Below, in pieces: positions 54,578-64,000 of a DNA stretch of 64,000 nucleotides. Origin of the DNA: Acidimicrobiales bacterium (GTDB lineage: Bacteria; Actinomycetota; Acidimicrobiia; Acidimicrobiales; Aldehydirespiratoraceae); NCBI GenBank assembly GCA_029263195.1, contig JAJCXX010000059.1:15166-79165 (forward strand), read 5' to 3'. The stretch's first letter is position 1. The number at the start of each line of letters is the position of its first letter. A program made the position numbers and the translations under genes. The notes under the pieces are model-generated. The model did no database searches, was not told the origin of the DNA, and was given only the letters and a program-made list of their open reading frames with translations.

Positions 54578-57245
54578 TCCGTGCGCCGTTCAGATTGCAG
54601 GCGTTGTGCACCAGACCCAAGTGGGAGTAGGCCTGAGGATGGTTGCCCAGCGCCCGTCTGGTCACCGGATCGTATTCTTCGGCCATCAATCCGGTGGGTC
54701 CGGCAAGATCGACGAGTTGGTCGAACAGAACTCTGGCGCCGGTCGTGTCGCCGATCAGGATCTTCGAGTCGATGAGCCACGAAGTCATCATGTTGAACCC
54801 GCCCTCTTCTCCCGGAAGGCCGTCGTCGTGGCGATATCGGTAGACAGTCGGACCTTCGCGGAGAGAGGCCTCGACCGCGGCGACGGTCGACCGGAATCTC
54901 GGATCATCGGCGTCGACCAGACCCGACAGGCCGATCATGAGAACCGAGGCATCGAGGTCGGTGCCGTCGTAGGCGGCCGTGAATGCTCCGACCTCTTCCT
55001 TCCACCCGTTGTGGAGGATGTCGTCGGCGATCAGGTCGCGGAGCGTCTTCCACTCGGGGCGTTCGCGACCGAAGACGTTCTCGGCCACGTGAACGGCTCG
55101 ATCGACGGTGACCCAACACATGACCTTCGAATAGACGTGGTGTCGGGGGGCCGCTCTGATCTCCCAGATGCCCTGATCGGGCTCGGACCAGCGTTGCCGC
55201 ACTGCGCCCACCAAGTCCTCCACGAGTCTCCAGTGTCGGGCCGACAGGGGAGCGTCGACCTCTCCGAGGCGGTGGATGAGCTCGACAACCGGCCCGAACA
55301 CATCGAGCTGAACCTGGTGATCGGCGGCGTTGCCGATCCTCACGGGGCGGGAGCCCGCGTATCCGGGAAGCTCTTCGATGGTGGCTTCGGGTGGGAGTTG
55401 GTGGCCGTTGACGGTGTAGAGCGGTGAGAGCCTCTCTGGTCCGGTGTCGATGGTCTCGAGAACCTGGAGCAGCCAGTCGAGGAGATTCATGGCCTCGCCG
55501 ATCGACCCGAGCCTCACCAACGCTCCCGCGGTGAGCGACGCATCGCGAATCCAGCAGTAGCGGTAGTCCCAGTTGCGAATCCCTCCGAGGAACTCGGGGA
55601 GACTGGTGGTGGGAGCAGCAAGAATCGCTCCCGTTGGCCCGTAGCAAAGGGCCTTCAGGGTGAGAGCGGAGCGGCGTACGAGATCGGTCGCCGACTCCGG
55701 AAGATCGAGGCGATCGACCCAATCGGACCAGTAGGCCGCGGTGGAGTCGCGGCGGGTCTGCTCATCGCTGTGGTCGGGACGCATGGATGCCGTGCCACAT
55801 CGGAGCTCGAGCGTCACGGTGCCGGCCGAAAGATCGACTTCGGCCCAAGCGGTCTGGTGCACCCCGGCGTCCTCGACTGTCCAGTTGACTCCAGGTGACC
55901 GCAACACCACCAGATCGGTGGCGTTGACGACTTCGAGGCCGCCGTCACGAACCTCGAGTTGTGTAGGGAATCTGCCGAAGTCGAGCCGGGGAGCGAATTC
56001 GATCCTCGCTGTACCATCACCTTCGATCACCCGAACCAGGTCGGTACGACCCGAGATCCGGTCGGGTCGGCCATCGGAGCAGTCGAGATAATCGGTGACC
56101 CTGACGTCGGGCCATGAGGTCTGGAGCACCAGCGAATCGTCGGTGTAGGTCTGCACCGGTGCCGAGTCGGTGCCGATGGCCTCGACCGAGAAGTGGCCCG
56201 CGCCGGGCCCACCGATGAGCTCGGCGAAGATGGCCGATGAGTCGATCCTGGGGACGCACATCCATGAGATGCGGGCGTCGGGGGTGACCAGAGCCGCGGT
56301 TCGCTGATCCGACAACATCGAGTGGGCCTCGATCGGGGTGACGCCGGCCCCGGCGAGCCAGTCGGCCCGCCTGGCGCACAGGGTCGCCAGCAATACAGCG
56401 ACATCCTCGGGTGAGTCGATCCGGTGGGGAGCCGACGTTTCGCCAGCTCCCACCTTCACTCCAAGATCGGGACCGTGGAGTGTGGCGAACGCGCCCTCGT
56501 CGGTTATGTCGTCGCCCAGGAACAGAACGGCGTTGGCGCCGACGGATCCTCTCACCGTGGCGAGGGCCTCGCCCTTGTCGGTTGGCACCAACAGGAGCTC
56601 GCAAACCATCTTGGCGTGCCTGACGGTGACATCACCGATCGTGTCGGCCACGCCGGCGACTCTCGCCAACAACGCCTCTACATCGGTGTTGGACACCATT
56701 CGGTAGTGAACTGCAACCGATGTCGGCTTCTTCTCGAGCGTGACTCCTTCGAACTCGTCGCAGGCGTCGTGGAGTCCCGAGACCAGATCGTGGCGTTTCT
56801 CCCGAAGTCCGGGATCGAGGTCGAGAGCGAAATCGATGTCGAATTCCGTGCCGTGGGATCCCACGAGATGAATCTCGACGGGTAGGCGGGACAGGGCGGC
56901 GAGATCGCGGAGCGATCGGCCGGAAATCACGGCTACGTGGGTGTGGGGGAGTAGGGCAATGTTGCGCAATGCAACAGCGGTCTCGCGAAGAGGAAGGGCC
57001 TTCATTGGATCGTCGACTATCGGAGCGATCGTGCCGTCGTAGTCGGAGGCCACCAGCAGCATCGGAGCGCGCGCCAACTGGTCGAGACGGTCCTGAAGTT
57101 GCTCGGTGAACAATGCGGTGTGCTCCACGGCCTCCGAACCTACAGCCGGATCGATGGTTGCCGCAGGAACCAGACCCGCGCCTGGACCACTCAACGCCGG
57201 TACTGTCGGCGGCGTGGATTCCCAGAACGACGAATCAAGTCCCAC
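54567..57245 (-). CDS. fusion protein: N-terminal HAD-IIB trehalose-6-phosphate-phosphatase-like domain + C-terminal glycoside-hydrolase family 15 (glucoamylase/trehalase-like) domain
   Basis: 892 aa. The N-terminus has LLVASDYDGTIAP and VISGRSLRDL (OtsB/TPP motifs). The C-terminus has NWDYRYCWIRDASLTAGALVRLG and an (alpha/alpha)6-barrel region typical of GH15. The start could be internal. Confidence 0.75.
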   Translation of the reverse strand: MGLDSSFWESTPPTVPALSGPGAGLVPAATIDPAVGSEAVEHTALFTEQLQDRLDQLARAPMLLVASDYDGTIAPIVDDPMKALPLRETAVALRNIALLPHTHVAVISGRSLRDLAALSRLPVEIHLVGSHGTEFDIDFALDLDPGLREKRHDLVSGLHDACDEFEGVTLEKKPTSVAVHYRMVSNTDVEALLARVAGVADTIGDVTVRHAKMVCELLLVPTDKGEALATVRGSVGANAVLFLGDDITDEGAFATLHGPDLGVKVGAGETSAPHRIDSPEDVAVLLATLCARRADWLAGAGVTPIEAHSMLSDQRTAALVTPDARISWMCVPRIDSSAIFAELIGGPGAGHFSVEAIGTDSAPVQTYTDDSLVLQTSWPDVRVTDYLDCSDGRPDRISGRTDLVRVIEGDGTARIEFAPRLDFGRFPTQLEVRDGGLEVVNATDLVVLRSPGVNWTVEDAGVHQTAWAEVDLSAGTVTLELRCGTASMRPDHSDEQTRRDSTAAYWSDWVDRLDLPESATDLVRRSALTLKALCYGPTGAILAAPTTSLPEFLGGIRNWDYRYCWIRDASLTAGALVRLGSIGEAMNLLDWLLQVLETIDTGPERLSPLYTVNGHQLPPEATIEELPGYAGSRPVRIGNAADHQVQLDVFGPVVELIHRLGEVDAPLSARHWRLVEDLVGAVRQRWSEPDQGIWEIRAAPRHHVYSKVMCWVTVDRAVHVAENVFGRERPEWKTLRDLIADDILHNGWKEEVGAFTAAYDGTDLDASVLMIGLSGLVDADDPRFRSTVAAVEASLREGPTVYRYRHDDGLPGEEGGFNMMTSWLIDSKILIGDTTGARVLFDQLVDLAGPTGLMAEEYDPVTRRALGNHPQAYSHLGLVHNACNLNGARIRG

Positions 57246-58098
57246 GAGTTGCTATCGGCACGAACACCGTCCGGCAGGAGTGAACTGCCAGCGATGCGAT
57301 AGACCGATCTGTACGGAGTGCATGCACCAGGCTTCGGTGGGCTTTCATTGTCCGGAGTGTTTCGGTGCTGGAGCGCAACGAGTGATCCGTGGTCCGGTCG
57401 CATTTGATCCGATCGTGACCAAGATTCTGATCGGTCTCAATCTGTTGGGGGTCCTGGTCTCGGTATACCTGGGTGGATCACTTCTTCGGCTCGGAGACGA
57501 GGCGTTGCGCGAAGGTGCGCTGTTCGCGTTCGCGATCGAGCGTGTCGGCACCAGTGTCGAAGGTCTCGGTGTCGACGACGGCGAGTACTACCGACTGATC
57601 ACTTCGGGATTCCTCCACGACGGCATCATGCACATCGGGTTCAACATGTTCGCCCTGTGGATCCTGGGGCCCCAACTCGAACGAGCGCTCGGCTGGCCGC
57701 GGTTCGTCGGCCTCTATTTCACCTCGATGCTAGGTGGATCGTTGGGAGTGCTGCTCGTGAGCCCCAACAGTCCGACCATCGGGGCATCCGGGGCAGTATT
57801 CGGGTTGCTCGGCGCGATCATCGTCATCCAACGCAAGTCCGGAATCAACATCTGGCAGTCCGGACTCGGTGGGGTGATGCTCATCAACATGGCGTTCACC
57901 TTTCTGATTCCGGGCGTGTCGATCGGGGGCCACATCGGTGGGCTCGTCGCCGGCGCACTGGTGGCCGCTCTCTACATCGGGGTCGTGCGCGCCAAACTTC
58001 CCGAGTGGTCGGCTCATGCCGGGGTGGTTCTCATGTCGGCAGTGTTCGTGTTGGGTTCGATCTGGGCCGCATCTCAGTGGGCCGACCCGATCTTCTGA
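57214..58098 (+). CDS. rhomboid-family intramembrane serine protease with N-terminal double-CxxC zinc ribbon
   Basis: The rhomboid core has GFLHDGIMHIGFNMFALWILGPQLE, the GASGAVFGLLGA catalytic Ser motif and a His in TM6. The N-terminus reads CYRHEHRPAGVNCQRCDRPICTECMHQASVGFHCPEC. The start is ambiguous (ATG 57106 or 57154, or GTG 57214); the longer forms overlap the divergent upstream gene. Confidence 0.75.
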   Translation: MDSQNDESSPTSCYRHEHRPAGVNCQRCDRPICTECMHQASVGFHCPECFGAGAQRVIRGPVAFDPIVTKILIGLNLLGVLVSVYLGGSLLRLGDEALREGALFAFAIERVGTSVEGLGVDDGEYYRLITSGFLHDGIMHIGFNMFALWILGPQLERALGWPRFVGLYFTSMLGGSLGVLLVSPNSPTIGASGAVFGLLGAIIVIQRKSGINIWQSGLGGVMLINMAFTFLIPGVSIGGHIGGLVAGALVAALYIGVVRAKLPEWSAHAGVVLMSAVFVLGSIWAASQWADPIF

Positions 58099-58108
58099 CC
58101 CCGGCGAG

Positions 58109-58912
58109 TCAGTCGTGTCCGGCCACTGTGGGCGAGAGTGGTCGTCGGTAGACGCTCACGTGCGTCTCGCCCGAGGGGTCGAATGGTTCGTCGGCCCAGT
58201 CGGCCCATCGGTCTTCGAGCACGAACCCGGCGGTGGCCGCGAGACAATCGAGCTGCGTCGGTGTCAGGTAGTGGATCATCCACGGTCGCATCCGAACTCC
58301 AGAACTGTTGATCTCGATGTGTTGACCCGCGATCAACTGATCGATGGGGTCGTGGCGAGACACTGACAGAACCGCCGCATCCAGCGTCACGTCCCTGACC
58401 GACACGCCACCGTCGGCGAGCCCCTCCTCGGGGGGAACGAAGCCTTCGATGACCAGGGCGCCTCCCGGCTGGATCACGTCGGCGAGTCGCTCCAGACACC
58501 GGATTTGCTCGGCCTCGGTGGGAAGATTGAAGAACGTGTTGAATGCCGCGAACGCCACGGAGAATCGGTCAGGTCTCAGCGGCAACTCGGCCATGTCGGC
58601 GATGATCGTCTTCACGAGCTGTCCGCCGGGCTTTGCCTCCAGCATCTCGATCATCGATGTCGACGCGTCGACTCCTACCACCTCCGCGCCGGCCTCGGCC
58701 AAGGGGATGGCGAGGCGGCCCGTGCCCACCCCGAGTTCGAGCACGGCCCCACCGGAGGCGATCGTGAGGATCTTGGCGACAGTGGCTGGTGCGTCGCTCA
58801 CGTCGCCGTACCAATTGTCGTAGACGTCGGCGAAACTCTCGCCGTAGGTGTCGGATTGATAGCCGTGCATCACCCCCAGTGTGCCGTGTTGCATGATGGA
58901 GCGGTCCGGCAT
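58109..58912 (-). CDS. class I SAM-dependent methyltransferase
   Basis: 267 aa with SAM-binding motif I, VLELGVGTGRL, and an acidic loop after beta-2. Confidence 0.75.
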   Translation of the reverse strand: MPDRSIMQHGTLGVMHGYQSDTYGESFADVYDNWYGDVSDAPATVAKILTIASGGAVLELGVGTGRLAIPLAEAGAEVVGVDASTSMIEMLEAKPGGQLVKTIIADMAELPLRPDRFSVAFAAFNTFFNLPTEAEQIRCLERLADVIQPGGALVIEGFVPPEEGLADGGVSVRDVTLDAAVLSVSRHDPIDQLIAGQHIEINSSGVRMRPWMIHYLTPTQLDCLAATAGFVLEDRWADWADEPFDPSGETHVSVYRRPLSPTVAGHD

Positions 58913-59066
58913 CGGGTCGGGCCGGGACCAGACAACGCATGCGGGAGGCGAATTGAGCGATCAATGGGCGGCTCCCGGTTCTCGGGCTGAGCAGCCGTCG
59001 GTCGCGGCGCCTCGATCATTCTTCCGTTCGGCGCCATCGTCTCCTGGCGTGGGCGACCCCGATGTC

Positions 59067-59876
59067 ATGCCCCGGCCTCTTCCGTTGCGTCCGCAGTCAG
59101 TGCTCGAGATCCTGGATTCCGGATTCTCGTTGATTCGGGCCCGGCCGGGTCTGCTGCTCGGGCTGGTGGCGGTGCTCCAGGTTCCGGTCACAGTCGTCGT
59201 CGCCTACCTCCGCCGTGATTCGGTCGGGTTCGACAGCCAGTTCATCTTCAGCGACCCCGCCGTCACGTCGGGTCCGCTGAGTGGTCGCATCGACTCGGCG
59301 CTCGTGGGGATCATCTCCGGATCGGTGATCCAAGCCTTGTCGGCCGTCGCCATAGGTGGCCTGGTTGCCGCCTGGTACGCCGATCGAGACCCCGACGTGA
59401 CCGAACTGCTTCTCGGTGTCGGTCGCCGTATCCATGTCGTGCTCATAGCGTGGTTTCTGGTCCACGTCCTCGAGATCCTGGCCGTTCTCGGACTGCTGAT
59501 CGGATCGTTTTTTGTTGCTGTCCTGATGCTGGTGGTCGCGCCCATCGTGGCGGTCGAGCAGGCCGGACCGATCACCGCGATCAGGCGATCGGTGCACCTC
59601 GTGCGGGGGCGCTTCGTGTCGGCCATGGTCTTCTTCGTTTTCTCCGGTCTGGTGGCCACCACGCTCGGAGCGGTGCTGGGCGGGCTGCCGACTCTTGTGG
59701 GCCTGATCATCGGTGTCAACGGCGGGTGGATACTCGTGGCGCTCGGGGGAGTGATCAGTGGCGTCGTGTCGACGAGCTTTCTTGCCGCCGCCACCGTCGC
59801 CTTCTATCTCGATCTGAGGATTCGTCGTGAGGGAATCGACATTCAGTTGGCGATGGTCGACCGGTTCCCGAAATGA
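59067..59876 (+). CDS. polytopic membrane protein (GPDPase_memb / DUF975-like), first gene of MoxR-associated operon
   Basis: The likely start is M63 (59067). It has about 6 TM helices with hydrophobic LVAVLQVPV… segments. It overlaps the next gene by ATGA. Confidence 0.55.
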   Translation: MPRPLPLRPQSVLEILDSGFSLIRARPGLLLGLVAVLQVPVTVVVAYLRRDSVGFDSQFIFSDPAVTSGPLSGRIDSALVGIISGSVIQALSAVAIGGLVAAWYADRDPDVTELLLGVGRRIHVVLIAWFLVHVLEILAVLGLLIGSFFVAVLMLVVAPIVAVEQAGPITAIRRSVHLVRGRFVSAMVFFVFSGLVATTLGAVLGGLPTLVGLIIGVNGGWILVALGGVISGVVSTSFLAAATVAFYLDLRIRREGIDIQLAMVDRFPK

Positions 59877-60559
59877 CCACGAGATCAGCGGTTGAGACCA
59901 TCGGCATGCCAGTCGCCAATGATGATCCGGAGCGAATCCGAGAATCGGCCCGACAGATTCTCCAACGGCCCGAGTTCGGTGACCATCGAAGCATCTTCGA
60001 ACGTGTCGTTGATTGGATCTCGGCGAAGCTCGGGGACATCTTCGGCGGTGTCTTCGGGGGATCGGGGTCGGGCACTGGGTTCGTGGGTCAAGTCTTCCAG
60101 GTTCTGCTGATCGGGTTCGCCGTCGTGCTGCTGTTCCTGGCCGTCAGGGCAATCTGGAGGGCTGCCAGGGCACGGAAGGTTCCCGAGCCCGACGACGGGA
60201 TCGTCATCGTGTTCGGCGAGGCCACCAATCCTGCGGACCTGATCGAGGCGGCCGAGGGAGCGGAGCGAGACCGCCGCTGGAAGCAGGCCCTCATGGCGCG
60301 ATACCGGCATTTGGTGGCGAGCCTCATCCAAGAAGCAGTTCTGCTCGATGTTCCGGGGCGCACGACCGGCGAGTATCGAGTGGAATTCCGACAGGTCCGC
60401 CCGGATGCAGCTATCGAGTTCGATCAGGTGACGACGTCGTTCGAGAACGCCTACTACGGCGACGAGCCGGTCGGAGCCGCCGAGTTCGAGGAGGTCAAGC
60501 GGGTCGTTGGTCTGCTGTCGGCCCGATCGGATCTCTTGGTCGGGACGATGCCCCGATGA
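59873..60559 (+). CDS. DUF4129 domain protein
   Basis: 228 aa with a central TM helix and a C-terminal DUF4129-like region (…KQALMARYRHLVASL…). It sits in the position conserved upstream of DUF4350/MoxR/DUF58 and overlaps the next gene by ATGA. Confidence 0.6.
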   Translation: MTTRSAVETIGMPVANDDPERIRESARQILQRPEFGDHRSIFERVVDWISAKLGDIFGGVFGGSGSGTGFVGQVFQVLLIGFAVVLLFLAVRAIWRAARARKVPEPDDGIVIVFGEATNPADLIEAAEGAERDRRWKQALMARYRHLVASLIQEAVLLDVPGRTTGEYRVEFRQVRPDAAIEFDQVTTSFENAYYGDEPVGAAEFEEVKRVVGLLSARSDLLVGTMPR

Positions 60560-61699
60560 CTCGGCGAGGTCGATTCGTTGTTGGTGGCGTGCTCGCCGTC
60601 GGGATGCTGCTGATCGTGATCATCGGTGCCGGCTCCTCCGAGGTGCTCGACCCCGACAGCACCAATCCCGATGGAGCCAAGGCCTTGGTGATGCTTCTCG
60701 AAGAGTACGCGACCCCGACCCGGGTCCTGGAAGAGGTTCCCGGCCCGGAGGTCGAAGTGGCCGTGCTTCTCGTCGACCGACTCGATGTCGCAGCCTCGGC
60801 GGCTCTCGACTCGTGGGTGTTCGAAGGCGGTGTGCTGGTGGTGACCGACCCGGGATCTCCGTTCGTACCCCAGATCGCCGGTGTCGGGTCGTCGGAGGAC
60901 GATGGTCTGCCGGAGATAGGCCGAGGATCGTGCAACCTCGGTGAACTCGGCGACCTCAGCGGAGTCGAACTCGTGAGCGTGCGAGGTGCGATTCTCTACG
61001 ACAACACCGGCTCCGACGGGCACTGTTTCGGCGACCGGGCCGCATCCTTCGTCGACCTCCGTCGCAGGGGCGACGGCGTGGTGATATCGATTGGCGGGGG
61101 TGGCGGGTTCGGCAACGACCTCCTCGACGAAGCCGACAACTCGGTGATGGCAGTCGCCCTCATGGCACCGACCTCCGATACCGCGGTGGCGGTGCTGCGT
61201 CGTTCGCTGAGATCACCGGAGTTCACACCCACGCCGGCCCCTGATGGATCGCCGCGTCGGGCCCGACGGGTCGGGGACGGCTCACAGAGCCTGTTCGATC
61301 TCATGCCCGAATACATGCGTTGGGTAGCCCTCGATCTGGCGCTGGCGTGGCTCGTGTACGTGTTGGCCAAGTCGAGACGGTTGGGCCGGCCGATTCCTGA
61401 TCACCAGCCGGTGAAGATCGCCGGCAGCGAACTGGTGTTGGCTCGGGGTCGCCTTCTCGGACGGCTCGGCCAGTCGGCAACCGTCGATCATCTGGTGGTC
61501 GGATTCCGGACAGATCTGAGTCGAACCCTCGGGCTGCCGCCGAACGTGCCCGACCAACGGCTGGCCGAGATCGCAGAGTCGCGGTCCGAACTGGAGGCTG
61601 ATGCCATCATGCGTGTGTTGAAGACCGTCGATGTCAGCGACGACCGTGAGCTCGTCGAGTTCGCTCGGCTACTCGATCAAATGTGCCAGGAGGTCCAGG

Positions 61700-61707
<8 letters not shown>
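60556..61707 (+). CDS. DUF4350 domain protein
   Basis: The ATG at 60556 is M182 of the track ORF. It has an N-terminal TM helix and a roughly 370-aa extracytoplasmic domain. It overlaps the MoxR gene by 8 nt. Confidence 0.6.
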
Positions 61708-62692
<985 letters not shown>

Positions 62693-62704
62693 CGGGGCTC
62701 GATC

Positions 62705-64000
62705 ATGCCCGTGCCCACCCGTCGACTGGCCATTCTCGTCGCGGTCGGTGCCGTGGCGCAGATAGCGGTGGCGGTGGCGGCCCCCGATCTTGCTCCGGCG
62801 ACCCTGCTGGGTTGGCTGTTGCTGTCGTTCGGTCTGGCACTGGAGGACTTCGTCAGTGCCCCGTCCCCTGGTTCGATCGGGTTTCGCCGCGACCTCCCGA
62901 TGGTGGCCACGATGGGGGGAGAGTCCGAGGCCACGTGGTTCGTGTCGAATCCGCTCGATCGAACTCTCCGGGTTGGAGTTGCCGATGAGCTGGCGCCTTC
63001 ACTGCGGCCGACCATCCGGAGGTCTGTCCTCGAGATTCCACCGAGGACCACCGCAGAGCTGAAGAACTCCGTACGGCCGACCCGCCGCGGAAGATTCGAG
63101 GTGTCGGAGGTGGTGATCCGAGCCGAGGGACGCCTCGGGCTGATGGCCCGACAGGGAGGTCGCCAGGTGCCGGCCGAGATTCGGGTTCACCCCTACTTTC
63201 GGTCTTGGAAGGAGGCCGAAATCCGGATCAATCGGGCTCGTCTCCTGCATGTTGGTGTTCGGTCGTCGAAACTACGCGGATCAGGCACAGAGTTCGACCA
63301 ACTTCGTGAATACACGGTCGACGACGAGTCGAGGAGGGTCGACTGGGCAGCAACCGCGCGTGCCGGCCATCCGATCGTTCGCACCTTTCGAGCCGAACGA
63401 AACCAGACGGTGGTCAATCTCCTCGACTCCGGTCGGGTCATGGCCGGAAGAGTCGAGGAGGTTCCCCGGCTGGAACACGCCATGGATGCAGTGATGACCC
63501 TCACGGCCGTGGCCACCGGTATCGGAGACCGGTGTGGTCTCGTGGTGTTCGACCGAAACGTGCACACCGTGCTGGCCGCGTCGAATCGACGATCGCAGCT
63601 GGGAGCGGTCACCTCTGCCATGTTCGACGTCGAACCGGCACTGGTGGAGTCCGACTACAAGAGTGCCTTCGCCTCGACTCTCGCCCGGTTTCGTAGGCGC
63701 ACCATGTTGGTGATCCACACCGACCTGGTGGCACAGGTGGTCACCGAGACCCTGCTGCCGGCGCTGCCTCTCGTAACGAAGACCCATCTGGTCGTGGTGG
63801 CCGCCTCCAGCGACCCCGATGTGGTGGGTTGGGCGACGGGCAAGGTGATCGACGGTGACCAGGCCCGTCGCCGAGCGGCCGCGACGGCTGCTCTGAAGGA
63901 TCGTGAGCGGGCCGCCGCCGAACTGCGATCGTTCGGCGCCATGGTGATCGACGCCCCGGCCGGAGAGTTACCCGGCCGATTGGCCGACACCTACCTCAAC
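62705..64000 (+). CDS. DUF58 (VWA-like) protein, 3'-truncated by window end
   Basis: The ATG at about 62705 (MPVPTRRLAILVAVGAV…) follows the MoxR stop. It has two N-terminal TM helices and a DUF58 core (…SGTEFDQLREYTVDDESRRVDWAATAR…). The ORF runs to the end of the window. Confidence 0.65.
   Translation, partial: MPVPTRRLAILVAVGAVAQIAVAVAAPDLAPATLLGWLLLSFGLALEDFVSAPSPGSIGFRRDLPMVATMGGESEATWFVSNPLDRTLRVGVADELAPSLRPTIRRSVLEIPPRTTAELKNSVRPTRRGRFEVSEVVIRAEGRLGLMARQGGRQVPAEIRVHPYFRSWKEAEIRINRARLLHVGVRSSKLRGSGTEFDQLREYTVDDESRRVDWAATARAGHPIVRTFRAERNQTVVNLLDSGRVMAGRVEEVPRLEHAMDAVMTLTAVATGIGDRCGLVVFDRNVHTVLAASNRRSQLGAVTSAMFDVEPALVESDYKSAFASTLARFRRRTMLVIHTDLVAQVVTETLLPALPLVTKTHLVVVAASSDPDVVGWATGKVIDGDQARRRAAATAALKDRERAAAELRSFGAMVIDAPAGELPGRLADTYLN

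Overview
This is a 64-kb, high-GC, densely coding chromosomal segment of an Actinobacteria-type genome (about 63 CDSs on both strands). Signs of that origin: frequent GTG/TTG starts; 1- and 4-nt start/stop overlaps (ATGA, GTGA, TGATG); an F420-type luciferase-like oxidoreductase; an N-terminally extended type Ic methionine aminopeptidase; a MoxR/DUF58 module; and an IpdAB-sized CoA-transferase pair beside two paired acyl-CoA dehydrogenases. I could not recognise any rRNA, tRNA, transposase/integrase/phage gene or CRISPR array; the region looks like core chromosome, not a mobile island.

Gene content in brief:
- Housekeeping genes: gluQ, map, murA, hrpB, a ribokinase plus nucleoside hydrolase, a NifU-like protein, and an RNase II-family nuclease.
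- Transport: an MFS transporter, a VIT-family Fe/Mn transporter, a CDF transporter, AzlCD, and a five-gene peptide/nickel-type ABC transporter.
- Lipid and acyl-CoA metabolism: two enoyl-CoA hydratases, a MaoC dehydratase, three SDRs, CoA-transferase A/B, two acyl-CoA dehydrogenases and a PaaI thioesterase.
- Signalling: two large PAS-GGDEF-EAL proteins, a cNMP-binding protein, a TetR regulator and an LMW phosphatase.
- Envelope: an NfeD-flotillin pair, a rhomboid protease, two S-layer-homology (SLH) proteins, and a fused trehalose-phosphatase/GH15 protein.

Most worth a second look:
1. A two-gene cassette at 17433-18633: a SAM-decarboxylase-fold (SpeH-like, pyruvoyl-type) protein followed, with no intergenic gap, by a LuxI/OlsB-like N-acyltransferase-fold protein. 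It is divergently arranged from a c-di-GMP sensor enzyme around a near-perfect 28-bp palindrome, and is a candidate undescribed small-molecule or signal biosynthetic module.
2. A translationally coupled DUF1800/DUF1501 pair in which the Tat-secreted sulfatase-fold DUF1501 protein carries three C-terminal SLH repeats.
3. A PALP-fold protein (type-II PLP enzyme fold) that has lost the Schiff-base lysine.
4. A five-gene membrane-protein/DUF4129/DUF4350/MoxR/DUF58 operon of unknown function.

All functional calls come from motif and architecture recognition by eye, with no database search. Where the true start codon is ambiguous, the coordinate is a best guess and the alternatives are stated.
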